From positions 1,836 through 65,835 of the forward strand of contig JAFAAN010000147.1 of NCBI GenBank assembly GCA_023426545.1: a stretch of 64,000 nt of DNA, given 5' to 3'. The notes beneath the pieces are model-generated. The model was not told the origin of the DNA. It did not search any database and saw only the letters and a program-made list of their open reading frames with translations. Made by a program: the position numbers and the translations under genes. Positions 20,645-29,775 of this stretch are shown here, piece by piece (positions within the stretch are counted from its first letter, which is position 1; the number at the start of each line of letters is the position of its first letter). This DNA is from Pseudomonadota bacterium (GTDB lineage Bacteria; Myxococcota; Myxococcia; Myxococcales; Myxococcaceae).

Positions 20645-22435
20645 ATGTTTCTCATCACCCTCGCGGAAAAGGGCGGCGGGACCGAGCAGCGCGAGTACCA
20701 CAAGAATGAGGTCACCATCGGCCGTCTGCCGGGCAATGACATCATCCTCGCGAAGGGCAACGTCTCCAAGTACCACTCGCGGATCGTTGCCAAGGACGGG
20801 AAGTTCATCATCGTGGACATGAAGTCCACGAACGGCACGTTCGTGAACGGCAAGAAGATTGCCGCGCCCCAGGTCCTCAAGCCGACCGACCAGGTCTACA
20901 TCGGCGACTACATCCTCAACGTCGAGGCGCTGGAGGACGAGGGGCCGGTGATGACCCGCGCGGGCCAGCCGGAAGAGGAGTACTACGACGACCAGGGCGA
21001 GGAGGCCTACGACGAGGAGGGCCCCTACGAAGACGAGGAGCCCTACGAGGAGGAGGAGCCCTACGAAGAGGAGCCGCCTCCCGCGCCTTCGCCCAAGAAC
21101 ATGCCGGCGTCGCTGGCGTCGGCGCTGGCGAAGAACAAGCGCAAGGTGGACCCCCGCCAGGAGCGCTACACGCGCCTCCAGAAGGAGATCCACGACCGCC
21201 TCATCGAGTACCTCGACCTGCGCCGGATGGACATGGACCGGCTCGGCGACGACGAGCTGTGGCGGCGCACCGAGAAGGCCATCCGCGACATCATCGACCA
21301 GATGGAAGCGGATGGAGAGCTTCCGGAGGACGTGGACCGCGAGGAGCTGCTCACCGACGTCATCAACGAGGCGCTGGGGCTGGGGCCCCTCGAGGCGTTC
21401 CTCGCGTCGGATGACATCAGCGAGATCATGGTGAACCACGCCAACCAGATCTACATCGAGCGCAAGGGCAAGCTCACCCTGTCGGAGAAGACGTTCTCCT
21501 CCAACCAGGCGGTGCTCGGCGTCATCGAGCGCATCGTGGCGCCCATCGGCCGCCGCATCGACGAGTCCAGCCCGCTGGTGGACGCGCGCCTCAAGGACGG
21601 CAGCCGCGTGAACGCCATCATTCCGCCGCTGGCGCTCAAGGGGCCGTGCATCACCATCCGCAAGTTCAAGAAGGACTCGCTGAAGATCTCGGACCTCATC
21701 AAGTTCAAGACCGTCACGGCGCAGATGGCCGAGTTCCTGGAGATGTGCGTCAAGGCCCGGCGCAACATCGTCATCTCCGGCGGCACCGGCTCCGGCAAGA
21801 CGACGACGCTGAACATCATCAGCTCGTTCATCCCGGACGGGGAGCGCATCATCACCGTGGAGGACGCCGCCGAGCTGCAGCTGCCGCAGGACCACTGGGT
21901 GCAGCTGGAGAGCCGGCCTCCCAACCTGGAGGGCAAGGGCGCCATCACCATCCGCGAGCTGGTGAAGAACTGCCTGCGCATGCGCCCCGACCGCATCGTC
22001 GTCGGTGAGTGCCGCTCCGGTGAGACGCTGGACATGCTCCAGGCCATGAACACCGGTCATGACGGCTCGCTCACCACGCTGCACGCGAACACGCCGCGCG
22101 ACGCCATCGCACGGCTGGAGACGATGGTGCTCATGTCCGGCATGGAGCTGCCGGTGAAGGCCATCCGTGAGCAGATCGCCAGCGCCGTGCACATGATCGT
22201 CCAGCAGACGCGCTTCTCCGACGGCACACGGAAGATCTGCTACATCACCGAGGTGTCGGGCATGGAGGTCGACATCGTGACCCTCCAGGACATCTTCTAC
22301 TTCAAGCAGGATGGCTTCACGGAGGACCACAAGGTGCGTGGCCGCTACGTCGCTTCCGGCTTCGTGCCGAAGTTCTACGACGAGCTGCAGCGCAAGGGCA
22401 TCCCCGTCAACATGAGCATCTTCCGCGAGGACTGA
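20645..22435 (+). CDS. cpaF: CpaF/TadA-family secretion ATPase with N-terminal FHA domain and acidic E/P/Y linker
   Basis: The FHA is VTIGRLPGNDIILAKGNVSKYHSRIVAKDGKFIIVDMKSTNGTFVNGKKI. The ATPase core has Walker A ISGGTGSGKTTTLN, Asp box IITVEDAAELQL, Walker B-like PDRIVVGECR and His box GHDGSLTTLHAN. Confidence 0.92.
   Translation: MFLITLAEKGGGTEQREYHKNEVTIGRLPGNDIILAKGNVSKYHSRIVAKDGKFIIVDMKSTNGTFVNGKKIAAPQVLKPTDQVYIGDYILNVEALEDEGPVMTRAGQPEEEYYDDQGEEAYDEEGPYEDEEPYEEEEPYEEEPPPAPSPKNMPASLASALAKNKRKVDPRQERYTRLQKEIHDRLIEYLDLRRMDMDRLGDDELWRRTEKAIRDIIDQMEADGELPEDVDREELLTDVINEALGLGPLEAFLASDDISEIMVNHANQIYIERKGKLTLSEKTFSSNQAVLGVIERIVAPIGRRIDESSPLVDARLKDGSRVNAIIPPLALKGPCITIRKFKKDSLKISDLIKFKTVTAQMAEFLEMCVKARRNIVISGGTGSGKTTTLNIISSFIPDGERIITVEDAAELQLPQDHWVQLESRPPNLEGKGAITIRELVKNCLRMRPDRIVVGECRSGETLDMLQAMNTGHDGSLTTLHANTPRDAIARLETMVLMSGMELPVKAIREQIASAVHMIVQQTRFSDGTRKICYITEVSGMEVDIVTLQDIFYFKQDGFTEDHKVRGRYVASGFVPKFYDELQRKGIPVNMSIFRED
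21017..21070 (+). repeat. Imperfect micro-tandem repeat encoding (E)nPY units in the CpaF linker
   Basis: GAGGAGCCCTACGA-like units recur three times and encode EGPYEDEEPYEEEEPYEEE. Confidence 0.7.
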
Positions 22436-22442
22436 CGCGTCC

Positions 22443-24671
22443 ATGCCCACCCTGGTTGTCAAGCACCCCGACGGTACCGAGAACGAATACGCCATCGCGG
22501 GCGAGCTGAAGATTGGCCGCCAGCAGGGCAGTGACATCCTCCTCACCGAGGGCGGCGTGTCGCGCACGCACGCCCGCGTCTTCGAGGAGGGCGGCACCGT
22601 CTACGTCGAAGACGTGGGCAGTGCGAACGGCACCTTCGTGGATGGCAAGCGCATCATGGAGTCCACCGCGCTCACGCCTCAGTCGGAGGTGCTGCTCGGG
22701 GACTACTCGCTCCGGCTCAAGGCGGTCACCCGCAGCTCGGGCGCGCGGCGCGCGGCGCGGCCCGCGGCGGGCGCCGAGGACCCGGCGCCGGTCGGCGGAG
22801 AGGGTGGGGGCGTGCGCGCCACCCGGGCCATGCCCAGCATCAAGAAGGGGGCGGGCGCCGCGAAGGGCGCGGCCGGCTCGGAGCTGGCCAGGCGGCCGCG
22901 TCCGGCCCGTCCGGCGCCGGGGGGGAGCGCGGCTCCGGAGGCGGGCAGAGTCGGCCCGTCGCTGCGGGGCATGGTGGGCCCCTGGGCTGGCCAGACGTAC
23001 CCGCTCAAGGGCAAGGTGCTCGTGGGCCGCCAGCCGCCCGCGAACATCCTGCTGGATGATGACTCGGTCAGCCGCCGGCACGCGGAGCTCGAAGCCACCA
23101 GCGCGGGCGTGACGGTGCGCGACCTGGGCAGCGCCAACGGCACGCTGCTCAACGGCGAGCCGCTGGACCAGACGCCGGTGCCGCTGGAGCCGGGAGATCA
23201 GCTCCAGTTCGGTGTGGTGGAGATGGTCTTCGAGACGGACGCGTCGTCGGCGCCCGTGCGCCGCGGCGCGGGGGCGGGCGCTGTCCGGGGTGGGGCGGAC
23301 GAGGACCCCGCCGCGAAGCGCAAGAAGCTCATCATGGTGGCGGCCGCGCTGGTGGGCGTGCTGCTGATGGTGGGCATGGTGTCCTCCATCCTCAGCCCCG
23401 CGCCGGCGGACGTGTCGCCCGCGGGGGCGGGCGCGCAGCTGGACCCGACTGCGAAGATCCAGGAGCTGCTCAGCGAGTGCCGCTCCTACGCGTCCAGCGA
23501 GCTGGGCGCCCCCAACTGGGACAGGGCCAACGAGATCTGCACCCAGGCGCTGGACCTGGACCCCATCCACCCGGAGGCGAACACGCTCATCCGGCGCATC
23601 AAGCTGGAGAAGGAGTCCTTCGAGTACTACTCGCAGGGTGAGCGGCTGCTCCAGCGCCTCAAGCCGGAGGAGGCCCTGGCGTCGTTCCGGAAGATTCAGA
23701 AGGAGAGCGAGTACTTCCGCCGGGCCCGCGCCAAGGCGCGCGAGGCCGCCGAGGCGGTGACCAAGCGCGCGCTGGAGGACTGCAAGCTGTACCTGCGCGA
23801 CTCGCAGTGGAGCGCCGCCGTGTCGCGCTGCGAGGTGTACATGGCGGTGTGGTGCCAGTCGGTGCCTCGCGAGGAGCTGGAGCCCCCCCTGGGCTTCACC
23901 CTGAAGCTGGAGGGCCGGCTGCGCCGCAACGAGTGGCGGCCCAAGGAGCCGCTGTTCGTGCGCTTCCTCATCGCCCGGCAGCGCATGGACGCCAACGCGG
24001 CGCCGTGGGTGTGCCCGGTGGCGGAGGTGCTCGCGGGTGACGAGCGGGCCGTCGACCCGCGCACCATCGTCGCGGAGGCGGCGAAGCGGCGCTTCCCCAA
24101 CAAGCTGATGCAGGCCGCGCTGCTGGACTACTGGAGCGGCCGCGGCAGCGAGGCGCTCGCCACCATGCAGAAGCTGCGCGCCAACTACGAGGCCGCGCAG
24201 TACCACGCCCAGGCGGACGAGCTGATGAAGATCATGTCCACCGTGGACCAGCTCTTCAAGGTGGGCCAGAGCTACCTGGCGGCGGAGGACCCGGAGAAGG
24301 CCGCCGAGCCGTTCCGCGAGGCGCTGGCCACGGACAAGGCGCTGATGCAGGAGCTGGCCGAGTCCAAGCCGTCCTTCTACCGGCGCAACATCCTCCAGGA
24401 CTTCGCGGAGAAGTCGTACCAGCGCGGTAAGCACTGGGCCGACCGCGAGGACCACCGCCGCGCCTGCCGCGTGTGGAAGCTGGGCTTCAGCTTCTACGCG
24501 GGCAATCCGAACCTCAACAAGGCGGCGGCCTTCTGCTCCAGCCGTGCGCTGGAGGCCTTCCGGGCCGCCGGGAGCTGCGGCGACCTGACGATTGCGCTGG
24601 ACTTCGCCGTCAAGGGCGACGGCGTGGAGGAGAAGGTCATCGCGCGGCAGGAGGAGCAGGGCTGCAAGTAG
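22443..24671 (+). CDS. Bitopic membrane protein with two cytoplasmic FHA domains, one TM helix and a periplasmic helical/TPR-like domain
   Basis: FHA1 is LKIGRQQGSDILLTEGGVSRTHARVFEEGGTVYVEDVGSANGTFVDGKRI. FHA2 is VLVGRQPPANILLDDDSVSRRHAELEATSAGVTVRDLGSANGTLLNGEPL. The TM helix is LIMVAAALVGVLLMVGMVSSIL. The C-terminal half, about 400 aa, is helical-repeat rich. The start lies 8 nt after the cpaF stop. Confidence 0.88.
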   Translation: MPTLVVKHPDGTENEYAIAGELKIGRQQGSDILLTEGGVSRTHARVFEEGGTVYVEDVGSANGTFVDGKRIMESTALTPQSEVLLGDYSLRLKAVTRSSGARRAARPAAGAEDPAPVGGEGGGVRATRAMPSIKKGAGAAKGAAGSELARRPRPARPAPGGSAAPEAGRVGPSLRGMVGPWAGQTYPLKGKVLVGRQPPANILLDDDSVSRRHAELEATSAGVTVRDLGSANGTLLNGEPLDQTPVPLEPGDQLQFGVVEMVFETDASSAPVRRGAGAGAVRGGADEDPAAKRKKLIMVAAALVGVLLMVGMVSSILSPAPADVSPAGAGAQLDPTAKIQELLSECRSYASSELGAPNWDRANEICTQALDLDPIHPEANTLIRRIKLEKESFEYYSQGERLLQRLKPEEALASFRKIQKESEYFRRARAKAREAAEAVTKRALEDCKLYLRDSQWSAAVSRCEVYMAVWCQSVPREELEPPLGFTLKLEGRLRRNEWRPKEPLFVRFLIARQRMDANAAPWVCPVAEVLAGDERAVDPRTIVAEAAKRRFPNKLMQAALLDYWSGRGSEALATMQKLRANYEAAQYHAQADELMKIMSTVDQLFKVGQSYLAAEDPEKAAEPFREALATDKALMQELAESKPSFYRRNILQDFAEKSYQRGKHWADREDHRRACRVWKLGFSFYAGNPNLNKAAAFCSSRALEAFRAAGSCGDLTIALDFAVKGDGVEEKVIARQEEQGCK

Positions 24672-24716
24672 CGGCCGCCGTGGACAGGGCGGGGCGGGCG
24701 CGCTAGGCACGGGGGC

Positions 24717-27443
24717 ATGGCCGACACCAGCCCCTCGCGCTCCGCGCCCACCCTGGTCCTCATCGACGCGTCCGGCTTCATCTTCCGCGCCTACCACGCG
24801 ATTCCCCCGCTCACGACGAGCAAGGGGGTGCAGACCAACGCCGTGCTGGGCTTCACGCGCATGGTGCTCAAGGCCCTGCGTGAGCTGACGCCCACGCACG
24901 TGGCGCTCGCCTTCGACAAGGAGAGCCGCACCGAGCGCCAGAAGATCGACCCGGCCTACAAGGCGAACCGCGAGGGCCCTCCGGAGGACCTCGTCCCCCA
25001 GTTCGCCCTCATCCGCCGCGTGGTGGAAGCCATCAACGTGCCCGTGCTGGAGGTCGCCGGCTGGGAAGCGGATGACGTCATCGGCACGCTGGCGATGAAG
25101 GCGAAGCAGGAGGGCTTCTGCGTCCAGGTCGTCACCGGCGACAAGGACTTCGTGCAGATTGTCGACGACGACGTGCGTCTGTACGACCCGATGAAGGACG
25201 TGCACACGCTGCCCGCGGACGTGAAGGCGCGGCTGGGCATCGAGCCGCGGCAGATGCGGGACTACCTGGCTCTCATCGGCGACGCGGTGGACAACGTCCC
25301 CAAGGTGCCGGGCATCGGCCCGAAGACGGCCACCGAGCTCATCCAGCAGTTCGGTGACGTGGAGACGCTGCTGGCGCGGCTGGACGAGGTGAAGAAGCCG
25401 AAGATTCGCGAGAACATCGCGTCCCACCGCGAGAGCCTCCAGCGCGCCAAGCAGCTCGTCACCTTCAAGACGGACCTGCCGCTGGACGTGCGCATGGCGG
25501 ACCTGGCCCGCCGGTCGCTGGACGCGCAGCGCGCGCGGGAGCTGTTCACCGAGCTGGAGTTCTTCGCGCTCCTCAAGGAGCTGCCGCAGCTCGAAGGCGG
25601 TCCGGGCGAGCCCGAGGCGGCGAAGGAGAAGCCCGCGCCCCTGACAGTGACGCCGCGGCTGGTGGGCTCGGACGCGGAGCTCGCCACCCTGGCCGGGGCC
25701 GTGCGCGAGCAGGGCGCCGTCACGCTCATCCCCGCGTACGAAGGCGCGCCCTTCGGCGCGAAGCTCGTCGGCGTGGGGCTGGCGCTGCCAGACGGCCAGA
25801 CGGCCTACGTGCCGCTGCGGCACGTGCAGCTCGGCGTCACCCAGGTGGCGCCGGAGTCCTTCACCGCGGCCTTCCGCGACGTGCTGGAGGACGCGGCCGT
25901 CAAGAAGGGGGGACACGACCTCAAGGCCTTGTTCCTGGTGCTGGCCAATGACGGCATCGCCCTGCGCGGCGTGCACGACGACGTGGAGCTGCTCAGCTAC
26001 CTGCTCAACCCCTCGCGCCGCGAGCACGCGCTGGTGGACCTGGCCCGCGAGCGGCTGCACACCGAGCTGCCGCCGCTGCCGCCCGCGGCGGAGGGCCGGC
26101 GCGGAAAGAAGGACCGCGCCCTCGCGGACCACACCGTGGAGGAGGTGGCCACCGGCTTCGCCATCCGCGCCGAGGCCGCCCGCAGGCTCGCCCCCGAGCT
26201 GTGGCGGGAGCTGGAGGCCGCGAAGCTGGCGGACCTGGCCCGGGAGCTGGAGCTGCCGCTGCTGCCGTTGCTGGCGCAGATGGAGCGGCGGGGCGTGCTG
26301 CTGGATACCGTCGAGCTGGCGCGCACCTCCGTGAAGGTGGACGCCGCCGTCGAGGCGCAGGTGAAGGAGGTCTACCGGCACGCGGGCCGCGAGTTCAACA
26401 TCGGCTCCAATCCGCAGCTCGTCGAGGTGCTCTTCACGGAGCTGAAGCTGCCCGTCATCAAGAAGGGGAAGACGGGCCCCTCCGCGGACCAGGAGGTGCT
26501 GGAGAAGCTGTCCGAGGAGCATCCGCTCCCCGCGGCCATCATCGAGTACCGCGGCCTGTCCAAGCTGAAGAGCACCTACCTGGACACGCTGCCCACGCTG
26601 GTGGCCGCCGACGGGCGCATCCACACCACGTACCACCAGGCCGCCACCGCCACCGGGCGACTGTCCTCCACCGACCCGAATCTCCAGAACATCCCCGTGC
26701 GCACGGAGCTGGGCCGGGAGATTCGGCGGGCCTTCGTGGCGGCGGAGGGGCACCAGCTGGTGAGCGCCGACTACAGCCAGGTGGAGCTGCGGCTGCTGGC
26801 GCACATCGCGGAGGACCCGGTGCTCATCGAGGCGTTCCTCCACGACGAGGACATCCACACCCGCACCGCCGCCGAGGTCTTCGGTGTGCCCACGGACCAG
26901 GTGGACCGTGAGCAGCGGCGCGTGGCGAAGATGGTGAACTTCGGCATCGCCTACGGCCTGTCGCCCCACGGCCTGGCCGCCCGGCTCGGCATCGCGCAGG
27001 ACGTGGCCCGTGACATCATCGAGCGCTACTTCACGCGCTACGCGGGCATCAAGCGCTACCTCGAGGAGACGGTCGAGCGGGCGCGAAAGACGGGCTACGT
27101 GGAGACGCTCTACGGCCGCCGCCGCTACATGGCGGACCTGAACTCGAAGAATCGCGGCGTGGCCCAGGCCGCCGAGCGCGCCGCCATCAACATGCCCATC
27201 CAGGGCACGGCCGCGGACCTCATCAAGAAGGCGATGCTGGCGGTGGACGCGGCGCTGAAGGCCCAGAAGCTGGGCACCCGGATGCTGCTCCAGGTGCATG
27301 ACGAGCTCCTCTTCGAGGCGCCCGACGCCGAGGTGGAGCAGGTGAAGGCCCTGGCCGTGCAGGCCATGTCCTCGGTGGCGAACCTCAAGGTGCCGCTCAA
27401 GGTGGAGGTCGGCGCGGGCCGGAGCTGGGCGGACGCGCACTGA
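24717..27443 (+). CDS. polA: DNA polymerase I
   Basis: The 5'-3' exonuclease N-terminus is LVLIDASGFIFRAYHA. The polymerase motifs are A (LVSADYSQVELRLLAH), B (RRVAKMVNFGIAYG) and C (LLQVHDELLFE). The protein is 908 aa. Confidence 0.98.
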   Translation: MADTSPSRSAPTLVLIDASGFIFRAYHAIPPLTTSKGVQTNAVLGFTRMVLKALRELTPTHVALAFDKESRTERQKIDPAYKANREGPPEDLVPQFALIRRVVEAINVPVLEVAGWEADDVIGTLAMKAKQEGFCVQVVTGDKDFVQIVDDDVRLYDPMKDVHTLPADVKARLGIEPRQMRDYLALIGDAVDNVPKVPGIGPKTATELIQQFGDVETLLARLDEVKKPKIRENIASHRESLQRAKQLVTFKTDLPLDVRMADLARRSLDAQRARELFTELEFFALLKELPQLEGGPGEPEAAKEKPAPLTVTPRLVGSDAELATLAGAVREQGAVTLIPAYEGAPFGAKLVGVGLALPDGQTAYVPLRHVQLGVTQVAPESFTAAFRDVLEDAAVKKGGHDLKALFLVLANDGIALRGVHDDVELLSYLLNPSRREHALVDLARERLHTELPPLPPAAEGRRGKKDRALADHTVEEVATGFAIRAEAARRLAPELWRELEAAKLADLARELELPLLPLLAQMERRGVLLDTVELARTSVKVDAAVEAQVKEVYRHAGREFNIGSNPQLVEVLFTELKLPVIKKGKTGPSADQEVLEKLSEEHPLPAAIIEYRGLSKLKSTYLDTLPTLVAADGRIHTTYHQAATATGRLSSTDPNLQNIPVRTELGREIRRAFVAAEGHQLVSADYSQVELRLLAHIAEDPVLIEAFLHDEDIHTRTAAEVFGVPTDQVDREQRRVAKMVNFGIAYGLSPHGLAARLGIAQDVARDIIERYFTRYAGIKRYLEETVERARKTGYVETLYGRRRYMADLNSKNRGVAQAAERAAINMPIQGTAADLIKKAMLAVDAALKAQKLGTRMLLQVHDELLFEAPDAEVEQVKALAVQAMSSVANLKVPLKVEVGAGRSWADAH

Positions 27444-27470
27444 CGCCGCCGGGCCGGCGCCCCGAAAAGG

Positions 27471-27508
27471 CCGGGAGGAGCGCCCACCCCCGTAGGCGCC
27501 CCTCCCGG
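27471..27508 (+). terminator. Strong hairpin 28 nt downstream of polA
   Basis: CCGGGAGGAGCGCC (27471-27484) pairs with GGCGCCCCTCCCGG (27495-27508) at 13 of 14 positions around a 10-nt loop. There is no clear U-tract. Confidence 0.4.
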
Positions 27509-27772
27509 ATACCGCACCCCCGCGGCCCCACGGCCGCTCCTGCGACCCCTTCGACAAATGCGCCGACCCGTCCGACCGGCGAGTCGCGTGGACCCCCATC
27601 CACGCGTCTTGCCGGCGGCTCGCGGTGCGCGCTCACCACTCCCCAGCGGGAGCACGCCTTCCCACTCAGCGCGCCATGGGCCCCCACCCACGCGCGCTCC
27701 CTCCCGCCGGTCTCGGACGCGCCCGTCTCCGGGAGCGTCAAGTCGAACGGGCCGGCCAACCCCTACACGCCC

Positions 27773-28315
27773 TCAGTGCATTGCCGTACGTCCATCCCCC
27801 GTGTCCCGCGACACGCGCCGCGTCCGGGACGGGCGCTCGAAGTACTCGACGACCAGCCCACCAAAGGGCACCCGCGGCCCATCCGCCCGCGGGTCCTTCA
27901 TCCGTTGCAGGAGCGCCACCGCGGAGTCCACGGCCTCGTCGACCGCGCGGTTGATGCGCTCGCGCTCCCAATCCCCGCCGCCGAGCACCTCGGAGGCGTC
28001 CACCAGGCAGCGCCGCAGCGCCGCGAACTCGTCATAGAGGGCGCGCGCGCCCCGGTGCGGCGACAGGCGCAGCACCGCGCGCGTACGGCTCCAGGGGCTC
28101 GTCTCCTCGCCCGCGAGCGTCCGGCCCAGCTCGCGGATGAAGGGCTCCACCAGGTTGTCCAGCTGGGCGGGAAGGCCCTGCGGCGCGGCGGCGTCCGGCG
28201 CCGCCAGCACCATCCTCCGCCATAGCGCGGAGATTCGATCCGGCTGCTGGCGGAAGAACCTCGCCAGCACGGCTGCCTTACGTCCCCGCTCGCTCATGTC
28301 CAGTGCCTTCCGCAT
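27773..28315 (-). CDS. Hypothetical cytoplasmic protein
   Basis: This 180-aa ORF has coding-like composition and is convergent with polA. I recognised no motif. Confidence 0.5.
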   Translation of the reverse strand: MRKALDMSERGRKAAVLARFFRQQPDRISALWRRMVLAAPDAAAPQGLPAQLDNLVEPFIRELGRTLAGEETSPWSRTRAVLRLSPHRGARALYDEFAALRRCLVDASEVLGGGDWERERINRAVDEAVDSAVALLQRMKDPRADGPRVPFGGLVVEYFERPSRTRRVSRDTGDGRTAMH

Positions 28316-28478
28316 CGTTGACGGAGGTCAAAGCAATCTCGCTGCCAACGCCACCGGCGTCGCTGTCTCCAGTGAAATCAGCGGGTTGTCCGGGAGGGAG
28401 GGGCAGGCAGAGGGGCAGCGCGGCTGTAGAAACGACAGGGCCGCGTCTGTAGTCATGCCGGGGTGCGGGTGGCCACCC

Positions 28479-29687
28479 TCAGTGCAGGGTGGGCTTGGGC
28501 GGGCGGCCATGGGGGCCGTCCTCGTCGTCCAGCTCGCCCGGGAAATCCGGGGATTCGCCCTCCGCGAGCGCCGGGTCCGCGTCCTGGAGGGACATGGAGG
28601 CCTCGGTGCCCGGCGGCCCCGAGGGCCAATCCGGCCACGTCGCGTCCGCGGTGCCGGCCAGCGCGCCCTGGGCCTGGGCGTTGGCCGCCGCGGCCTGGGC
28701 CGCCAGCAAGCGCAGGGTGGCGTCCTCCGCGGCGTCCTGGGCGGCCATCTCCGCCAGCCGCGCGGCCCGCTGCTGGCGGCGGCGGACGTAGGCGGCCACG
28801 CAGAGGAAGGACGCGCCCAGCCACACCAGCGCGGAGCTGGTGGTGAGGGGCAGCCAGCCGTAGCGCGCGGCCAGCCCGTCACGCCACTCCGTCTCCTCCA
28901 CCAGCAGCGAGGTGCGGAAGGCCTTGCCGAAGGCCGTCTCGAAGGGCTCGCCGCGGGCCACGCCGTCCACGAGCGCGGCCATGGCCTGGGGGCCGAACTT
29001 CGAGGAGAGGTGCGCGACGAAGGCCGCGCTCTGCGCGTAGGCGATCTCCACGTCGGACGGGACGTCCGGCCAGGCCTTCACCAGGTGCTCGAAGTGGAAG
29101 ACGCGCTCCTGCGTCACGGCCCGGAAGAGGGCGGCGTAGTGGGTGAGGGAGAAGCGCTCGCCAGTGACGTTCTGCGCGACGCCTTCCTGGAACCAGCGGG
29201 GCCACGCCGGGGCGAGCTGCCCCAGGGCGACGTGCGCCAGCTCGTGGCGGAGCGTCTGCTGTCCGTCCGGCGCATGCAGGCTGAGCGCGTCCAGGAGGAT
29301 GATCTGGTGGGCGGGGTAGGCCAAGGCCACGGCCCAGCCCGGGGGCTTGCCGCCGGGCAGCGCCAGGGCCTCGAACTCGTCGCGGCCCATGCCCAGGCGG
29401 ATCTCCGTCACGCCGGGCCAGTCCTTGCCCAGGATGGAGCCGAAGGTGTCGCGAACGCCCTCGATCTGCCGGGACAGCTCGTGCGCGGCGGCGGTGGCGG
29501 CGGCGGTGTGGAGGATGCGGAAGCGCTCCGTCGTGAGCTCGCCGCTCACCGCCGGTGGGCGCGTCAAGGGCACCAGCGCCACGTCGTGCACCACGTCATG
29601 GGCGTGGGGGCCTGGGGCGCCGCCCGGTTCCTGGGCCCGGGCACCTGGGACGGCCAGCAGCAGGAGCAGGACAAGCAGGTGGCGCAT
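28479..29687 (-). CDS. Secreted or membrane-anchored zinc metallopeptidase (HExxH, MA clan-like)
   Basis: ATG at 29687 gives the signal peptide MRHLLVLLLLLAVPGARAQ. It has the HExxH motif in TLRHELAHVALGQ and a C-terminal TM helix (ALVWLGASFLCVAAYV). Confidence 0.7.
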   Translation of the reverse strand: MRHLLVLLLLLAVPGARAQEPGGAPGPHAHDVVHDVALVPLTRPPAVSGELTTERFRILHTAAATAAAHELSRQIEGVRDTFGSILGKDWPGVTEIRLGMGRDEFEALALPGGKPPGWAVALAYPAHQIILLDALSLHAPDGQQTLRHELAHVALGQLAPAWPRWFQEGVAQNVTGERFSLTHYAALFRAVTQERVFHFEHLVKAWPDVPSDVEIAYAQSAAFVAHLSSKFGPQAMAALVDGVARGEPFETAFGKAFRTSLLVEETEWRDGLAARYGWLPLTTSSALVWLGASFLCVAAYVRRRQQRAARLAEMAAQDAAEDATLRLLAAQAAAANAQAQGALAGTADATWPDWPSGPPGTEASMSLQDADPALAEGESPDFPGELDDEDGPHGRPPKPTLH

Positions 29688-29775
29688 GTGCGGCGGCCTC
29701 ACGTTCCAACTGACATAACAGCCTCGTCCCCGGTTGCCGCAACCTCGGTCCACGCCACCGGATTGGCGCGGCGCG

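Noticed and set aside
20630-22597. 655-aa minus-strand ORF across cpaF
   Set aside because: It is antisense to the ATPase, which has intact Walker and His boxes. Its composition is artefact-like.
22407-27599. 1730-aa ORF on the minus strand spanning the double-FHA gene and polA
   Set aside because: It is antisense to two genes with unmistakable motifs. Its Arg/Gly/Ala/His/Leu-rich composition is typical of stop-poor antisense frames in about 70% GC DNA. I recognised no motif.
27509-27772. Pro/Arg-rich small ORFs and an 8-bp hairpin (27585-27606) in the polA-downstream intergenic region
   Set aside because: The ORFs have non-coding-like composition with no RBS or motifs. The hairpin is short and unremarkable for this GC content.
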